A stretch of 64,000 nt of DNA from Ruditapes philippinarum (taxonomy: Eukaryota), in NCBI RefSeq assembly GCF_026571515.1, contig NW_026851882.1, positions 1 through 64,000 on the forward strand, read 5' to 3'. The notes under the pieces were generated by a model, which ran no database searches, was not told the origin of the DNA, and saw only the letters and a list, made by a program, of their open reading frames with translations. A program made the translations under genes and the position numbers. Positions 1 through 12,025 of the stretch are shown one piece after another (position 1 is the first letter of the stretch; each line of letters opens with the position of its first letter).

Positions 1-19
1 TTTTCATTTCAGTCCTAAA

Positions 20-213
20 AATTTGTGACGTTTGTGACTCAGTGAAAAGCAGTGAAGAAAACAATATTTATCTCAAATTTGTGACATTTTGTGATTTTAA
101 AACTCGTGACGAATGTGATTGTCTAAAACATTGGATCACATGCATCACAAAATTTGTGACGAATGTGATCTCATTCTTCACAATTGTGACGAATGTGATT
201 TGTGACACATGTG
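20..213. repeat. Cluster of TTGTGAC(G)/AATGTGAT motifs, probable subterminal repeats of a DNA transposon end
   Basis: About 10 copies of (t)tgtga(c/t) in 200 bp, including three GTGACGAATGTGAT. Assignment to a transposon end is inference. Confidence 0.45.
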
Positions 214-756
214 GCCTTACATAGCTCTAATAATTCTTTTAAATTCAATGTTATGGCAGTTATCCTTGGGTTTCGCGAAAACTGATAAGATTTCCAGTCT
301 TTTCTCCCCCTGGTATTTTCTGCCGGGCAGTCCCCCGGTATTTTCTTCCCCCGAAACCCTAGTCGTTTCTCCCCCAACATATATTTATATTTTATGTAGG
401 TAATTTGTTTTTTGGGGAAAAGGTAAGTTTATTATCATTAAAAGTAGACATGTGTAGAATTCTCATCTAAAGTCTTCAAATTGTTTTTTTTTAAATATTT
501 TTATTTTTTGTAATTTTGTAGACTTCTATCAAAATTGCTGACTAACTACAAAAAATGTTCTTATTTATGATGTTATGTCATGAATAAATAAAATTCAATT
601 CATAAGATTAATAAAAAGAATTGATTGACTCTTTGTAACAAGTCACATAGATCAAATTAAATTGTTTTCACACTTAAACACTTTAGTATTTACACATTTT
701 TTCTAATTATCTAGGAGAGCAAATAGTCGCTGCTTTGTCCGACCGTCCGTCCGTCC

Positions 757-1857
757 AAGATCCTATGCATGTCTTCCTTGAAGGAATAGTGCCTGGTGAA
801 CTGTCATTGTTATTGTTTAATCTTGTAAATTCAAAGAAATTGTTCACACTCAAATGGTTAAATGAACAAATACAGAAATTTCCCTATTCATATTTGCATG
901 AAAAAAGTAAGCATGAAGCCACTTTTATAACAGGTTCCATAGAAGAGGGTACTATCATAAAACAGTCATCATCAGCAATGATGACTTTGTGTCATATTTG
1001 TCACTAATAATAGGGCCAAAAATGTGTGCAGGTGATGAAATTTTTTTGAACTTTTTGAGACTGGTTCAGATTGTAATTTTGTGTACCAGTTCATACTGCT
1101 CAAGGGAAACTGCCTCAATATTGAAGATTTTTATTGCTCTCTATCTTTCAAATGGTAAACAGTTGTATCCAAAATCTTCATTTATACCATAAAACATTAT
1201 ATGCTTCATTTTCCAAGACAGTTATTACTGTATGGACCACTCAGAGACCATTGGTCTGTATGGACCACTCAGACACCATTGGTGTATGCGTTTTGAAGCA
1301 AAACATGGATTTTTAAAGCAAAAAAGATAAAGAACTTAAAATACCTTCCATATACTTTGAGTAAACATCATCAGTTATATATGTGTCATAAACAGTCTGG
1401 CTCAAATGGAGAACCAGCTCATGATGGCGACATTGTCAGATTAGGGGTAGAAATAATTTTTTCAGTTGAATATGAAAATTTGAAAGAGCACATGGAAATT
1501 CTTTCACAAACAGAATCTAAAAATGAATGATACATGTACAAAACAAAATCTGTCACCATACAAGGACTGAGGTATGATGTCGGTTGTGATGTAGTTATGG
1601 AGTATTCTGAGGATATTCCAGTTTTTGCCATTCTGAAAGACATTATTGTATATAAAGATGATAAGTACTTTGTATTTAAAACCACTCATGGGCCCGCAGT
1701 ATTTGACAATCATATTCTTTGTTATATTCTAGAGCCAACAGGAAGGATTTCCTTGAATCTTTACACATCTTTAAAATTTAAATGGTCATTGAGTGTATAC
1801 AGGTACAAAGGAATGTTGGTAACACACACACATATGAAATTTTCTAAATTCTTATGA
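757..1857 (+). pseudogene. EnSpm/CACTA (CMC)-type transposase remnant, C-terminal half, frameshifted
   Basis: Joined frames read DPMHVFLEG...LFTLKWLNEQIQKFPY...[30 protein letters not shown], the H..H.P....GP....WCMRFE.KH motif I recognise from EnSpm-like transposases. It is disrupted by frameshifts, stops and a 28-bp tandem duplication (1228-1283). The 5' end is truncated at a (GTCC)n remnant (737-757). Confidence 0.8.
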
Positions 1858-1992
1858 CATTGTGTGTTTAATACAAATGCAAAAGAAGTATAAATTTTAA
1901 AAATCTGCAAGTGTAGGTCTAGCTTTTTGAAAATGCCAGAATTCAATTGTTGAAAAATATTTCTGTATCGGTTTGCATTTGAATTGATAAAA

Positions 1993-2077
1993 ATGCCATT
2001 ATATAAAATCGTAAGTTATGAGAAGACTGAGAGGAAGTGTGTTGTGGCCTCTACTTTGGAAGAATTAGCAATAAAAG
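1993..2077 (+). pseudogene. First exon encoding the N-terminal part of a CIDE-N-like domain (probable transposon accessory gene)
   Basis: ATG at 1993 gives MPLYKIVSYEKTERKCVVASTLEELAIK(G), ending at the canonical donor AAG|GTAAGT. It resembles the CIDE-N start (RPFRV....R..R.GV.ASSL.EL..K). Confidence 0.6.
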
Positions 2078-2170
2078 GTAAGTTTTTTATTTCTTTTTTT
2101 TATTACTGAATTTGCATTAGGTAAATGATAGGCTTAAAATTTGTGACGGTATTAAGATATATATATATAA

Positions 2171-3127
2171 ATGGCATTAAAAACTATTTCTACTAAAGAC
2201 AGAGAACAATTTGAAAGAGGATGTAATGTTCTTATGACATCGTTAGGAAAGAAGGAAAAGAGTCAAATGGATTAAAAATGGAGAAAGATTTCTTTGAAAC
2301 GAATATTGTTCCACAGATAAGAAGGAAGATTGCTGAAATTGAAGCAGCAGAGATGATTGGGAAACTAAAGATTGATATTGATTTCAAAATACTAACCAAT
2401 TTGGATGAAAAGTGTGATATGGAAAATATAAAGAAGGAACATGTGCAACTCTTAAAATTGGAAAGTAATTTGCAGGGTTTAACACCTTTTGCTCAGTTCA
2501 GTCGTGGGAGGTTATACTTCACACTGTCAAATAGCATTCAAATAGGAGAAAAATCATTCAAACAAATTGTTGAAGAGGAACTTGACGTTTACAGAACATT
2601 TCCTAGGTACATGGTATTTTTGAATGTAATACTTAACTACCCAAGGCTTATTCTGTGTGATATATCTTTCTCACAGATTGTAAAACACAAGGACAGGTTA
2701 TTAAAATACTTAGAAAGTAAGGAAGGACAGAGCATTCGAGATAGTCTAAGTTTATCCATTGAAGTCATAGCCCAGGGACAGAAAGTAACAATTGAGCAGC
2801 AGGATATGCCCATGGTCCGTAAAGTGAAATTCAACACAGACCCGGATTGGACGCATCATGACAAGGCAGCTACCAATGAAGACGTATCTGAAAGTATACT
2901 TCCGGGCTTGGCGGGGTCCAGTAAGGAAACAAACGAGACTGAAGATTTGGAAGACGTCTTGTAAGTTTCACTTGCTGTCGATATATTTATTAACAAATTT
3001 TTTTTGACTACTTTAATTTCATTGATATATGAATAAAGTCATTCATTTGATTTGCAAATACTTGTATCTTCATTTATTTATTACAGGAGAAATTGCAGTA
3101 TGGAGGAGAAAGACGAGAATCAACAAA
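2171..3127 (+). pseudogene. Orphan helical protein, paralog A (open 228-aa core 2278-2960, intron 2961-3086, exon 2 from 3087, interrupted by a HINE)
   Basis: Long ORF with colinear similarity to 20086-21050. The apparent stop lies inside the donor TT|GTAAGT, and the acceptor TTACAG|G continues LRNCS. The upstream extension MALKTISTKDREQFERG is out of frame with the core. Confidence 0.6.
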
Positions 3128-4223
3128 AACAAGAGCTGTCCGTAAGACAGCGCGCTCGACTTTTTTATTGCTTGCCAATAAAAAAAGTTTTTGCAGTAAA
3201 AGGCAATACAAGAATCTCTGTATTTTTAAAGTGAACAATGGCCATGAGCATTAAGATATTTAGTGAAGAATTATTTTACTGAATTGTGTGATACCCTTGA
3301 ACACTGCAGCAAAGTTTGAAATGTTTAAGTCAAAAGAGGGCTGGTAAGAAAGAAAAAAAAACTAGTTGTTTGATACCCTTGAATATTACAGCAATGTTTA
3401 TATGACATAATTTATGGCAAAGTGAACAAGTGGATAGGAATGAATTTTTTTAGATTTTTTAAGTTTTTTTAGTGCTTGCCTATAATACAAAACATTGACA
3501 GTTAAGGGCCATAATTCAAATAAAATCTTTGACAGAATTACCTTCTCCTGGACATGTTTGGGAATCATGATTGTAAACAAGTATTCCAACTTTCAAATTA
3601 ATATCTCAAACAGTTCAGTCAAAAAGTGGACTGGTACTAAAAACTTAACCAAGATTCTAAGTCGATAAAAGGCCTTAATTTTTAAAACAAATCCTTGACA
3701 GAGTTACCTTCTCTTGCGTACAGATGGGGGTAATGATGTGAAATAGCATTAAAAGTTTCAAAGCAATATCTCAAAGGGTTAAGGCAATAAGTGGATTTTA
3801 CCCATATTCAATGTATTTTCTAAGTCAAAAAGGGGCATAATTCTGTCAAAAACCTTGACAGAGTTATGTCCTCTTGTCTGTTGATGAAGGTCGTGATGGT
3901 AAACAAGTATGGTCAGTTTCAAAGCAATACCTCCAATGGTTTTGAAATAAAGTGAGGTGGTACAAAAAACTTAACCAAGCTCAATACACTTTCTAAGTCA
4001 AAAAAGGGCCATAATTCTGTCAAAAACCTTGACAGAGTTATGTACTCTTGTCTGTAGATGGAGGTTATGATGGTGAACAAGTATGGTAAGTTTCAAAGCC
4101 ATACTTGTAATACTTCTGAAATAAAGTGGGGTGGTACGAAAAACTTAACCAAGGTGTGACGCCGACGCCGACGCCGGGGCGAGTAGGATAGCTCCCCTTT
4201 TCATAGAAAAGTCGAGCTAAAAA
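3128..4223 (-). mobile_element. Helentron-associated non-autonomous element (HINE) with ~165-175-bp satellite units (GCTCGAC family)
   Basis: Hairpin end aacaagagctgtccgtaagacagc-gcgctcgac, about 4 units with aagggccataattc...gacagagtta, a (GACGCC)n microsatellite, and end gtcgagctaaaaa. Same family as 61600-62688. Confidence 0.8.
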
Positions 4224-4640
4224 TGAATATATCAACGCAGTCTGGATTCAACCTTAACAGAATAACGGTGTTGAGGAAATCTTTTTTTTCAGTTGAATTG
4301 TATATAAATGTTCTAATTATTCATTCAAGAAAAGTGTTACAATGTTAGTCAAGTGACTTTTAAGTGGTTATAAGCATGTGACATTGTTATCAACCATTAG
4401 CCACTCCAAATTCGTGATAGACAAGGGGTGAAATTTCGATAACATAGATAAAGTAACAAGTTCATATGGAATGTGCAATTATATCTTGATTAAAATGAAC
4501 TATGTACAATATTTCTGTTTCTTAATTAGATTGAAACATAAATACATAAACGTAATTAAACCTTGGAGGCAAGAGATTGCAAGACTGAATAGAATACACA
4601 TTTATGACTGAATAGTTATATTTACGTCAAATTTTTACAA

Positions 4641-4808
4641 TATATATGTGTTCACACAAACCTCCGGATACTACGATATATATGTATTGCAGTATTGCCT
4701 GGGGGATATTTCAGTTTTTGCTGTTTCAACGCTTTTTTGTTGTTTGTGCTCCTTTTGGGGCATAAAAAAATGAGTTATATCGTAGAACCCCCATATATCA
4801 TATATATA
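4641..4808. repeat. ~165-bp dispersed direct repeat, copy 1 (copy 2 at 21524-21688), containing a ~44-bp imperfect palindrome
   Basis: Near-identical to 21524-21688 by direct reading (ccggatactacgata.atatgtattgcagtatt...gagttatatcgta.aacccccatatatcatatatat). Confidence 0.85.
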
Positions 4809-4832
4809 CACATGATAAACTGTAAAGTTAAC

Positions 4833-7800
4833 ATGGATTCAGGAACAAAGAAATCTCATTATTATGGATGGAGTGTCTTAAATCTGAAAAAAGAACTTAC
4901 AACAAGATTGCATTTGAGAAAAATGCTATGCCACCGCATAAATACAAAACTAAATAGTAGTGTAGGAACAGATTTTTTTTTGTTTCTATACAATTGAAGA
5001 TTGTCATAATGCATATATTCCTGACCTATCTAATTCTTATTATCAGATTAGTGGTTAAATCTAGTGTTAATCCAATAAAAGATCAGAGTAGGAATATAAC
5101 AATGCACTTGAGTCTAGTGAATTTGGTGGTGAAGGTCTTAAATCACACAGCCTCAATTTCATGACTACATCAAAGGACAACACAGAAAGACAATTTGTCA
5201 AAATCTAGGTCAGCTGATATCAAAGTTCACTTTACATCTTAATCTGTGCACATGGTTCAAATTTCATAGCACATCAAGGACAAGAAAGTAGGTCACATCA
5301 TCAAAATCTAGGTCACCTGATATCAAAGTTCAATTTTACAACTAAAACTGTGAACATGGTCAAAATTACATTGCTGTTCATCAAAGGACAAGAAAGTAGG
5401 TCACTGTCCCCTTGGGCAAGGCAAAATTTTGACCCAAGGGATTATTTCAAAACAATCTTGATACAAGTCCACCAAACAACATTTCAAGTCAAATTTCTAA
5501 GCTGTAGCTTTCTCCCATTCAGAAAACATTTGTTTATTTTCTGTTTTACTATGTGTACATAATGAGAATCACTGCCCCGGGGCTGGGCCAATTTTGACAC
5601 CAGGGGAAAAATTTGAACAACTTTGGTAGAGGACCTATAGATGATATTATATAGCAAACATTAAAGTTCTATGCCTAGTACTTTCAGACAAAAATATTTT
5701 TTATTTTTTACTATATGTACATAATGAAAATCAATGACCCCCGGGGCGGAACCAATTTTGACCCCAGGGCTATAATTTGAACAATCTTGCTATAGGTTCA
5801 CTTCCCATTCCATATATTGACCCTCTAGCCTTTGTCAATTCAGAAAAGACGATTTTTCAAGTTTTTACTTTATACATATAAGTAAAACTATGGCCTCTGG
5901 GGCAGGGCAATTTTAATACTAGGGGCATAATGAAAACAACTTTAGTAGAGGACCCATAGATGATATTATATACCAAATATCAAAGCTCTAAGCCTTGTAC
6001 TTTCAGACAAGAAGATTTTTTATTTTTTTACTATATGTACATAGTGAAAATGAATGACCACTGGGGGTGGGGCCAATTTTGACCCCGGGGTTATAATTTG
6101 TACAATCTTGCTAGAGGTTCACTACACAATGTTTCATGCAAAATATCTTAACTATAGCCTTTGTAAATTTAAAGAAGATGATTTTTTTAAGTTTATACTA
6201 CATGTATATACATAATTATAAGGAAAATCTATGGCCCCCAGGGCGGGGCAAATTTTGACACTAGAGGCAAAATTTGAACAACTTTGGTAGAGTACCTATA
6301 GATGATATCATCAATGACCCCCGGGGCGGGGCGGACTTTGACCCCTTGGCTATAATTTGAACAGCGGACTTTGACCCTTTGGCTATAATTTGAACAATAT
6401 GGGTAGAGGTCTACCAGACAATGCCTTATGCAAAATATCTAAGCTCTAGGCCTTATGGGTCTTTACAAAAAGGTATTTTAAGTTTTTACTATATGTACAT
6501 ATAGTGAAAATCAATGACCCCTGGGGCGGGGCAGATTTTGACCCTAGTGCTATAATTTGAACAATCTTGGTAAGGGTCTACCAGACAATGCCTTATGCAA
6601 AATATCTAAGCTCTATGCCTTTTGGGTCTTTACAAGAAGGTATTTTAATTTTTTACTATATGTACATATAGTGAAAAACAATGACCCCCGGGGCTGGGCC
6701 GATTTTGACCCCAGGGCTATAATTTGAACAACCTTGGTAAGGGTCTACCAGACAATGCCTTATGCAAAATATCTAAGCTCTAGGCCTTTTGGGTCTTTAC
6801 AAGAAGGTATTTTAATTTTTTACTATATTTATATATAGCGAAAAACAATGACCCCCGGGGCGGGGCCGATTTTGACCTCAGGGCTATAATTTGAACAATC
6901 TTGGTAGAAGTCTACCAGACAATGCCTCATGCAAAATATCTAAGCTCTAGACCTTTTGGGTCTTTACAAGAAGATTTTTTAAATTTATTCTTATAATTCT
7001 TTGGTTGCCATGGCAACCAGATTTCTGCATGGAATAAATTTCTTTGAACAACTTTGGAAGCCCTTTACCCAAGGATTGATCCTGCAAAGTTTGGTTGAAA
7101 TTGGACTAGTGGTTTTTCACAAGAAGATTTTTTAAGTTCATTATATAATCTATAGAACACACACACAAACACACACACACACAAGTGAATCGCTATATGC
7201 CACCGCATCGCAGATGCTGCGGTGGCATAAAAAAAGTCGCTGTTATTAATGGTAGAAAGGAGGATCTAATAGAAAGGTAATACAATGTATACTGATTTTT
7301 CATCAAAACTGCTATATTTAACACACCAACAGTCATTCCTCATTGTTCTTATACATGTATTATATAGGTCAGTCAGGAAGGTAGATGCTTAGATACAATA
7401 ACATTACTACCCAAGGTGTCTAGATTAGAGAAACTGATAAGATTTATTCATACCTATCTGCCTTTTATTACATCTACTACTCAGATGTGTATTTGTTTAT
7501 CTGTAATATCCAGATTCATTTAGGGTTTTATAATGTAATGGAAGAAATGCACTTTCACACTTTCACCTGCTAAAAAATATTGTTAACATTATGATAAATG
7601 ATTTTGTATTTTACAGACTAGAGGCATATGATAGAAATCAAGATTTTCGAGGAGAAGTGATTTTACCAGAACCTCTAGATCCAATGGTCGGGTGATGGAC
7701 CAATTGCAACTTGAACATCAAATCCATCTGCCTAAACTAACAAAAGAGCAAATAGATGGATACTTTAAGTACAGGATGGCAGATGACAACGAACAGATCT

Positions 7801-8760
7801 CAGATCTTAAAGCTCTACAAAAAGGTAAAAAAATGTATGAGAGTTAAAAGATATATGCCTGCAGTATTAATGTAAAAGCACCATCCATATTTTTCACAGG
7901 ATTTGTTGGAGCTGCTATGCGTAAAAAACTAACATACAACTACAAAATTAGGATGGACAAAGATAATGGTGAAGTACTAAACAGTCACTGTGAATGTCCA
8001 TCTGGCAAGGGTCCGCATGGCACATGCAAGCACATAGCAGCTGTGCTTTATATGTTGCATGATTTTGTACAAAGCGGATCTGACCCACAAGTTCAACAGT
8101 CCTGCACAGAAATTTTACAAACTTTCCATAAGCCCAAGAAACAATATGCTGGAACACCTGTAAAAGCAAAAGACATTCCAAACACCTCAAGAAAATGTAA
8201 GCTGACGGACCCAAGGCCACCGGAATATCGAAATATTGAAAGGTATGAAGATCATGTAAGGAGTACAGTTTTGAATTACTGTGCAAACACAACAAAGGAC
8301 ATTACAATGAAGTATATGTGGGAAAGAGCTGATTTGCAAGCAGCTGCAAATGATCATAATTACTTGGATCTACCTGTCACAGAACACTGGGTTGACAATT
8401 CCTATGTATGTTTAGATAGCACCATTAAAGAGTTGGAAAAGAAAACGCGAAAACAAGCAGACTGTAAGAGATGGAAGGAAGAAAGATTGTGGAGGATAAC
8501 AGCTTCTCGTTTTGGTGAGGTATGTAAGCTTACAGCACGAAGGAACATGAACTATGTAACTCTTTCATGAAGACATCAAGACTTTGCAATAAAGCAATAA
8601 TTCATGGAAAACAGTATGAATCAAAGGGATAAAAAGTGTTCCAATCAAAATCAGGATTGAACGTTCAGAAGTGTGGTCTATTTATTTTCAATGAAAGACC
8701 ATATATAGCGGCATCGCCTGATGGTCTCATAGGTAGTGATGCCTTAATCGAGATAAAATA
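4833..8760 (+). pseudogene. SAP + SWIM zinc finger + YqaJ (lambda-exonuclease-like) nuclease, ORF2 of an ISL2EU-type DNA transposon; decayed
   Basis: Exon 1 (4833-4900 joined to 7229-7276 after removing the HINE) reads YYGWSVLNLKKELTKKVAVINGRKEDLIER (SAP). Exon 2 from 7617 reads LEAYDRNQ. Then SWIM CECPSGKGPHGTCKHIAA and YqaJ motifs Q...W...R..RITASRFG, HGKQYE, CGLFI, IAASPDGL, IEIK. Contains stops and frameshifts; truncated near 8760. Confidence 0.85.
4901..7228 (-). mobile_element. HINE with 167-bp satellite array (TGCCACCGC family), inserted into the SAP exon
   Basis: Hairpin end aacaagattgcatttgagaaaaatgc followed by tatgccaccgc. Units atgacccccggggcggggcc start at 6514, 6681 and 6848 (167-bp period). 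(CA)n tract, then end atgccaccgcatcgcagatgctgcggtggcat, in an A-run. Confidence 0.85.
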
Positions 8761-9432
8761 ACACTTAATAGAATGTAATGAGATAAAGTAGTTTATATTT
8801 GCTAAATGCTATTTTTCTTATTATGGGGGCTTATTATGATTTCAGTACTTGCTGGTATTTTTCTTCCTTTGGATTAGTTACCTATATTCTCGACTTTACA
8901 CATCCGGACATTTGCAGGTCGATAAGAGTTACGCGCCCCTTGACTACTGGGGCAAACAAATCGATTTCCGCCATATTGATTAGTGCAGATACATGAACTT
9001 AAATAGTTTTCTTCCGTAATATTCGATAAATATCGGCAAAAATGCCAAATTCTTGTTGTGCTGTTGGATGCAGCAATCATGGAATGATGAAAAGAAAAAT
9101 TTCTTTCTTTACATTCCCAAGCGATCAGGAAAGGCGTATCAAATGAATATCGGCTGTTAAGAGAATAAATGCCGACGGATCAAAATGGCTACCGGGAAAA
9201 TACACTGTATTGTGTAGTGACCACTTCATTGAAGGTATTTTTTTGGTTGTGTGTTTAATTTTGTATGCAACATGCATGATTTTTAAAGACATCAGCGTTT
9301 AGAAATCAAATAATGGTTCCTTGAAATGGATAACTAAAGACAAGTGGCTTCGTGTCAAACGTGTTAAATTTCATCCTGTTGATGTAAACTTTTCCACATT
9401 TTTTAATAATGCGAATCAGTATATGTATATAT

Positions 9433-10350
9433 AACAAGAGCAATCAGTGATCACATGTGTAGCCTCATGATGGCCAATTTCATGTTGGGACAAGTTTTGT
9501 GACAGACGGACAGACAGACAGACAGTGGACAACTGGACTTGGTACTGATCATTCCTGTAAAGTTTGGATGAAATTGCACTAGTGGTTTATGAGGAGTAGT
9601 CCGGACAAGCTTTTGTGTATCTGGCAATACACAGGAAAAAACACCTTTTTATCCAAGGGCCATAACTCGGCCAAAAATCATTCAACCGGAAAACCCGTGC
9701 AATATGCGCAAGGACTTGAGCTACAAATCAATCCTGTAATGTTTCATTGAAATTGCATTAGTGGTATAAGAGAAGTAGTCCGGACGAACTTTAAAAATAA
9801 AAATTATTAAAGGGCCATAACTCTGACAAAAATCATTGAACCGGAAAATGATGACAATATGCACAACTAGACTTGGTACTGATCATTCCTGTAAAGTTTG
9901 GATGAAATTACACCAGTAGTTTATGAGTCCGGACAAGCTTTTGTGTATCTGGCAACACACAGAAAAAAAACTTTTATCAAAGGGCCATAACTCGGCCAAA
10001 AATAATTCAACCGGAAAACCCGTGCAATATGCGCAAGGACTTGAGCTTAAGATCAATCCTGTAAAGTTTCATTGAAATTGCATTAGTGGTATAAGAGAAG
10101 TAGTCCGGACAAACTTTAAAAATAAAAGTTATTAAAGGGCCAGAACTCTGACAAAAATCATTGAACCGGAAAATGCTGACAATATGCACAACTAGACATG
10201 GTACTGATCATTCCTGTAAAGTTTGGATGAAATTGCACCAGTTTATGAGGAGTAGACGGACAAGTTTTGTGACGGACGGACGGACAGACAGACAGACGAC
10301 GGAAAAGTGATCCCTATATGTTGCCACTACTCCGTAGAGGCGACACAATA
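9433..10350 (-). mobile_element. HINE with ~330-bp dimeric satellite, inside the THAP transposase intron
   Basis: aacaagag end; the motif ggtactgatcattcctgtaaagtttggatgaaatt recurs at ~9541, ~9874 and ~10200; (GACG/GACA)n microsatellite; terminal hairpin tgttgccactactccgtagaggcgacaca. Confidence 0.75.
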
Positions 10351-10414
10351 AATCATATATAAATTTAGTAAATCATTACTTGTCATGAAATGAAAATGAC
10401 TAATGACAACTATT

Positions 10415-10499
10415 ATAGTTCATACCCAAGGGAGTGACACTTGACAGATAATGAGATAGTTCATACCCAAGGGAGTGACACTTGACAGATAATGAGATA
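10415..10499. repeat. 41-bp tandem duplication
   Basis: atagttcatacccaagggagtgacacttgacagataatgag occurs twice in tandem. Confidence 0.9.
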
Positions 10500-12025
10500 T
10501 GTCAGATTATCATTATGTGATGTCAGCTTTAGTCTTTTCCGGGCTACCTTACAAAGACTCTTGAGTCATTCTGTTAACCGTTTTGGTTAATTTTTCAAAT
10601 ATTTATATTCATTCCAGGCAAACCAAATCGAGACCCAGCACACCCGGACCATATTCCATCACTATTCCAGCATGTTGAAAGAACACCTAAAGAAAATCAG
10701 TCAAAGCTGCAACGGTTCGCAAGTGCTGTGAAAAGAAAGATAGCCTTTAATACACCAACACCAGCAAAGCGTCAGCGAAAAGTGCTATCACCATTATGTG
10801 AAAGTGAAAACTCACAAGAAGAAGAGGTGTATATGGCCACCCCCCTTCATGCAGATGTGAATAGTCAATATTTTGCTGAATATGAAAAAGCTCAGTATAA
10901 TATTGAAATAAACAATCTCCGTGCAGAAAAAGAGAAACTCAAAGAACAAAATAAAGAACTTACAGACTCATTACAGAGTGCAAATTTAAGTTTCAAACAT
11001 GTTGAAAACAATGATGAAAAGTGTAAGTTTTATACAGGATTGTGCTGGGAAACATTTATTACAACATTTCAGTTTCTGTCTACATTTGTAAAACCAGCCC
11101 CAAAGAATAGGATGATAAATCTTGAAGATCAGTTCTTCATTACATTGGTTAAGTTGAGGCATGATATGGCCTTTGAGTTGATAGCTGACTTCAAAAGGGT
11201 ATCAGTAGCTACAATAAGTATCATTTTCTGGTTATGGATATCACTCATCAGTGCAAAATTAGACTTTTTAATCAAATGGCCAGACCGTGAAACAATAAAT
11301 TTGACTTCACCAGCACCTTTACAGCAAAGTTTCCTAGACTGACTTCGATTATTGATTGTTTCGAGATATTTATTGAGAGACCAAGAAACCTACAGGCACG
11401 TGCCAAATGTTACTCAAATTATAAAAAACACAGTAGTGTGAAAGTTTTGATTTCATGTACCCCAAATGGTGTTATTCCTATCTTGTGCTTGCGGCGGTAG
11501 AGTTTCCGATGTTGAAATAATACGGCGCTCCGGTTTCATAAGTACTAAATACCACCTACCAAATGTTGTTTTCATTCAAGTTAACAAAGCAGATTGACGC
11601 TAAAGAGAAGTTTTTCTTTTCATTTGTATTTTTGTATAAAGTATCAGTGACTTAATTGTGCTATTTAACTACTTATTTATTTCTCCTATATTTTGACACC
11701 CTTTCACGGGTTATTTATACTAAATTGTCGCTGAATGCCGTACTGTTTTAAACACAAAGGAAAGCGTCTTTGACCTAGTTTCGGACATCCGCCATTTTAG
11801 CGTGGGTTCATTTCCTTTGTTTACATCTTTTGTTTGTAATAAGTGAAATAGTGTTTTACATTTAATCCTGTAAGGTGAATGAATATACAATAATATTATT
11901 TCACAGTTATCAGCACACTTGTTCGTTTTCTTTATTTGATACATTTTGACTTTCCTTTTTATAAGACTTCTCTTACGTTACTTATTTATATAATTGTAGT
12001 GCCAGTGGATTCCTAACTTAGTTAG

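Larger units (their letters stand above)
9042..11563 (+). pseudogene. THAP + HTH + DDE_Tnp_4 transposase (ISL2EU/Harbinger group), decayed and 3'-truncated
   Basis: Exon 9042-9234 reads MPNSCCAVGCSN...FFTFP...*ISAVKR...VLCSDHFIEG (THAP, with W mutated to stop). Exon from ~10618 reads PDHIPSLF, FYTGL, DQFFITLVKLR, WPDRE, then after a frameshift IIDCFEIFIERP..YSNYKKH..KVLISCTPNG..GGRVSD. Confidence 0.85.

Noticed and set aside
7917-8760. YqaJ nuclease as evidence of a phage or bacterial contaminant or recent horizontal transfer
   Set aside because: It has a spliceosomal intron, SAP/SWIM domains and DDE_Tnp_4 neighbours, all consistent with eukaryotic ISL2EU transposons.
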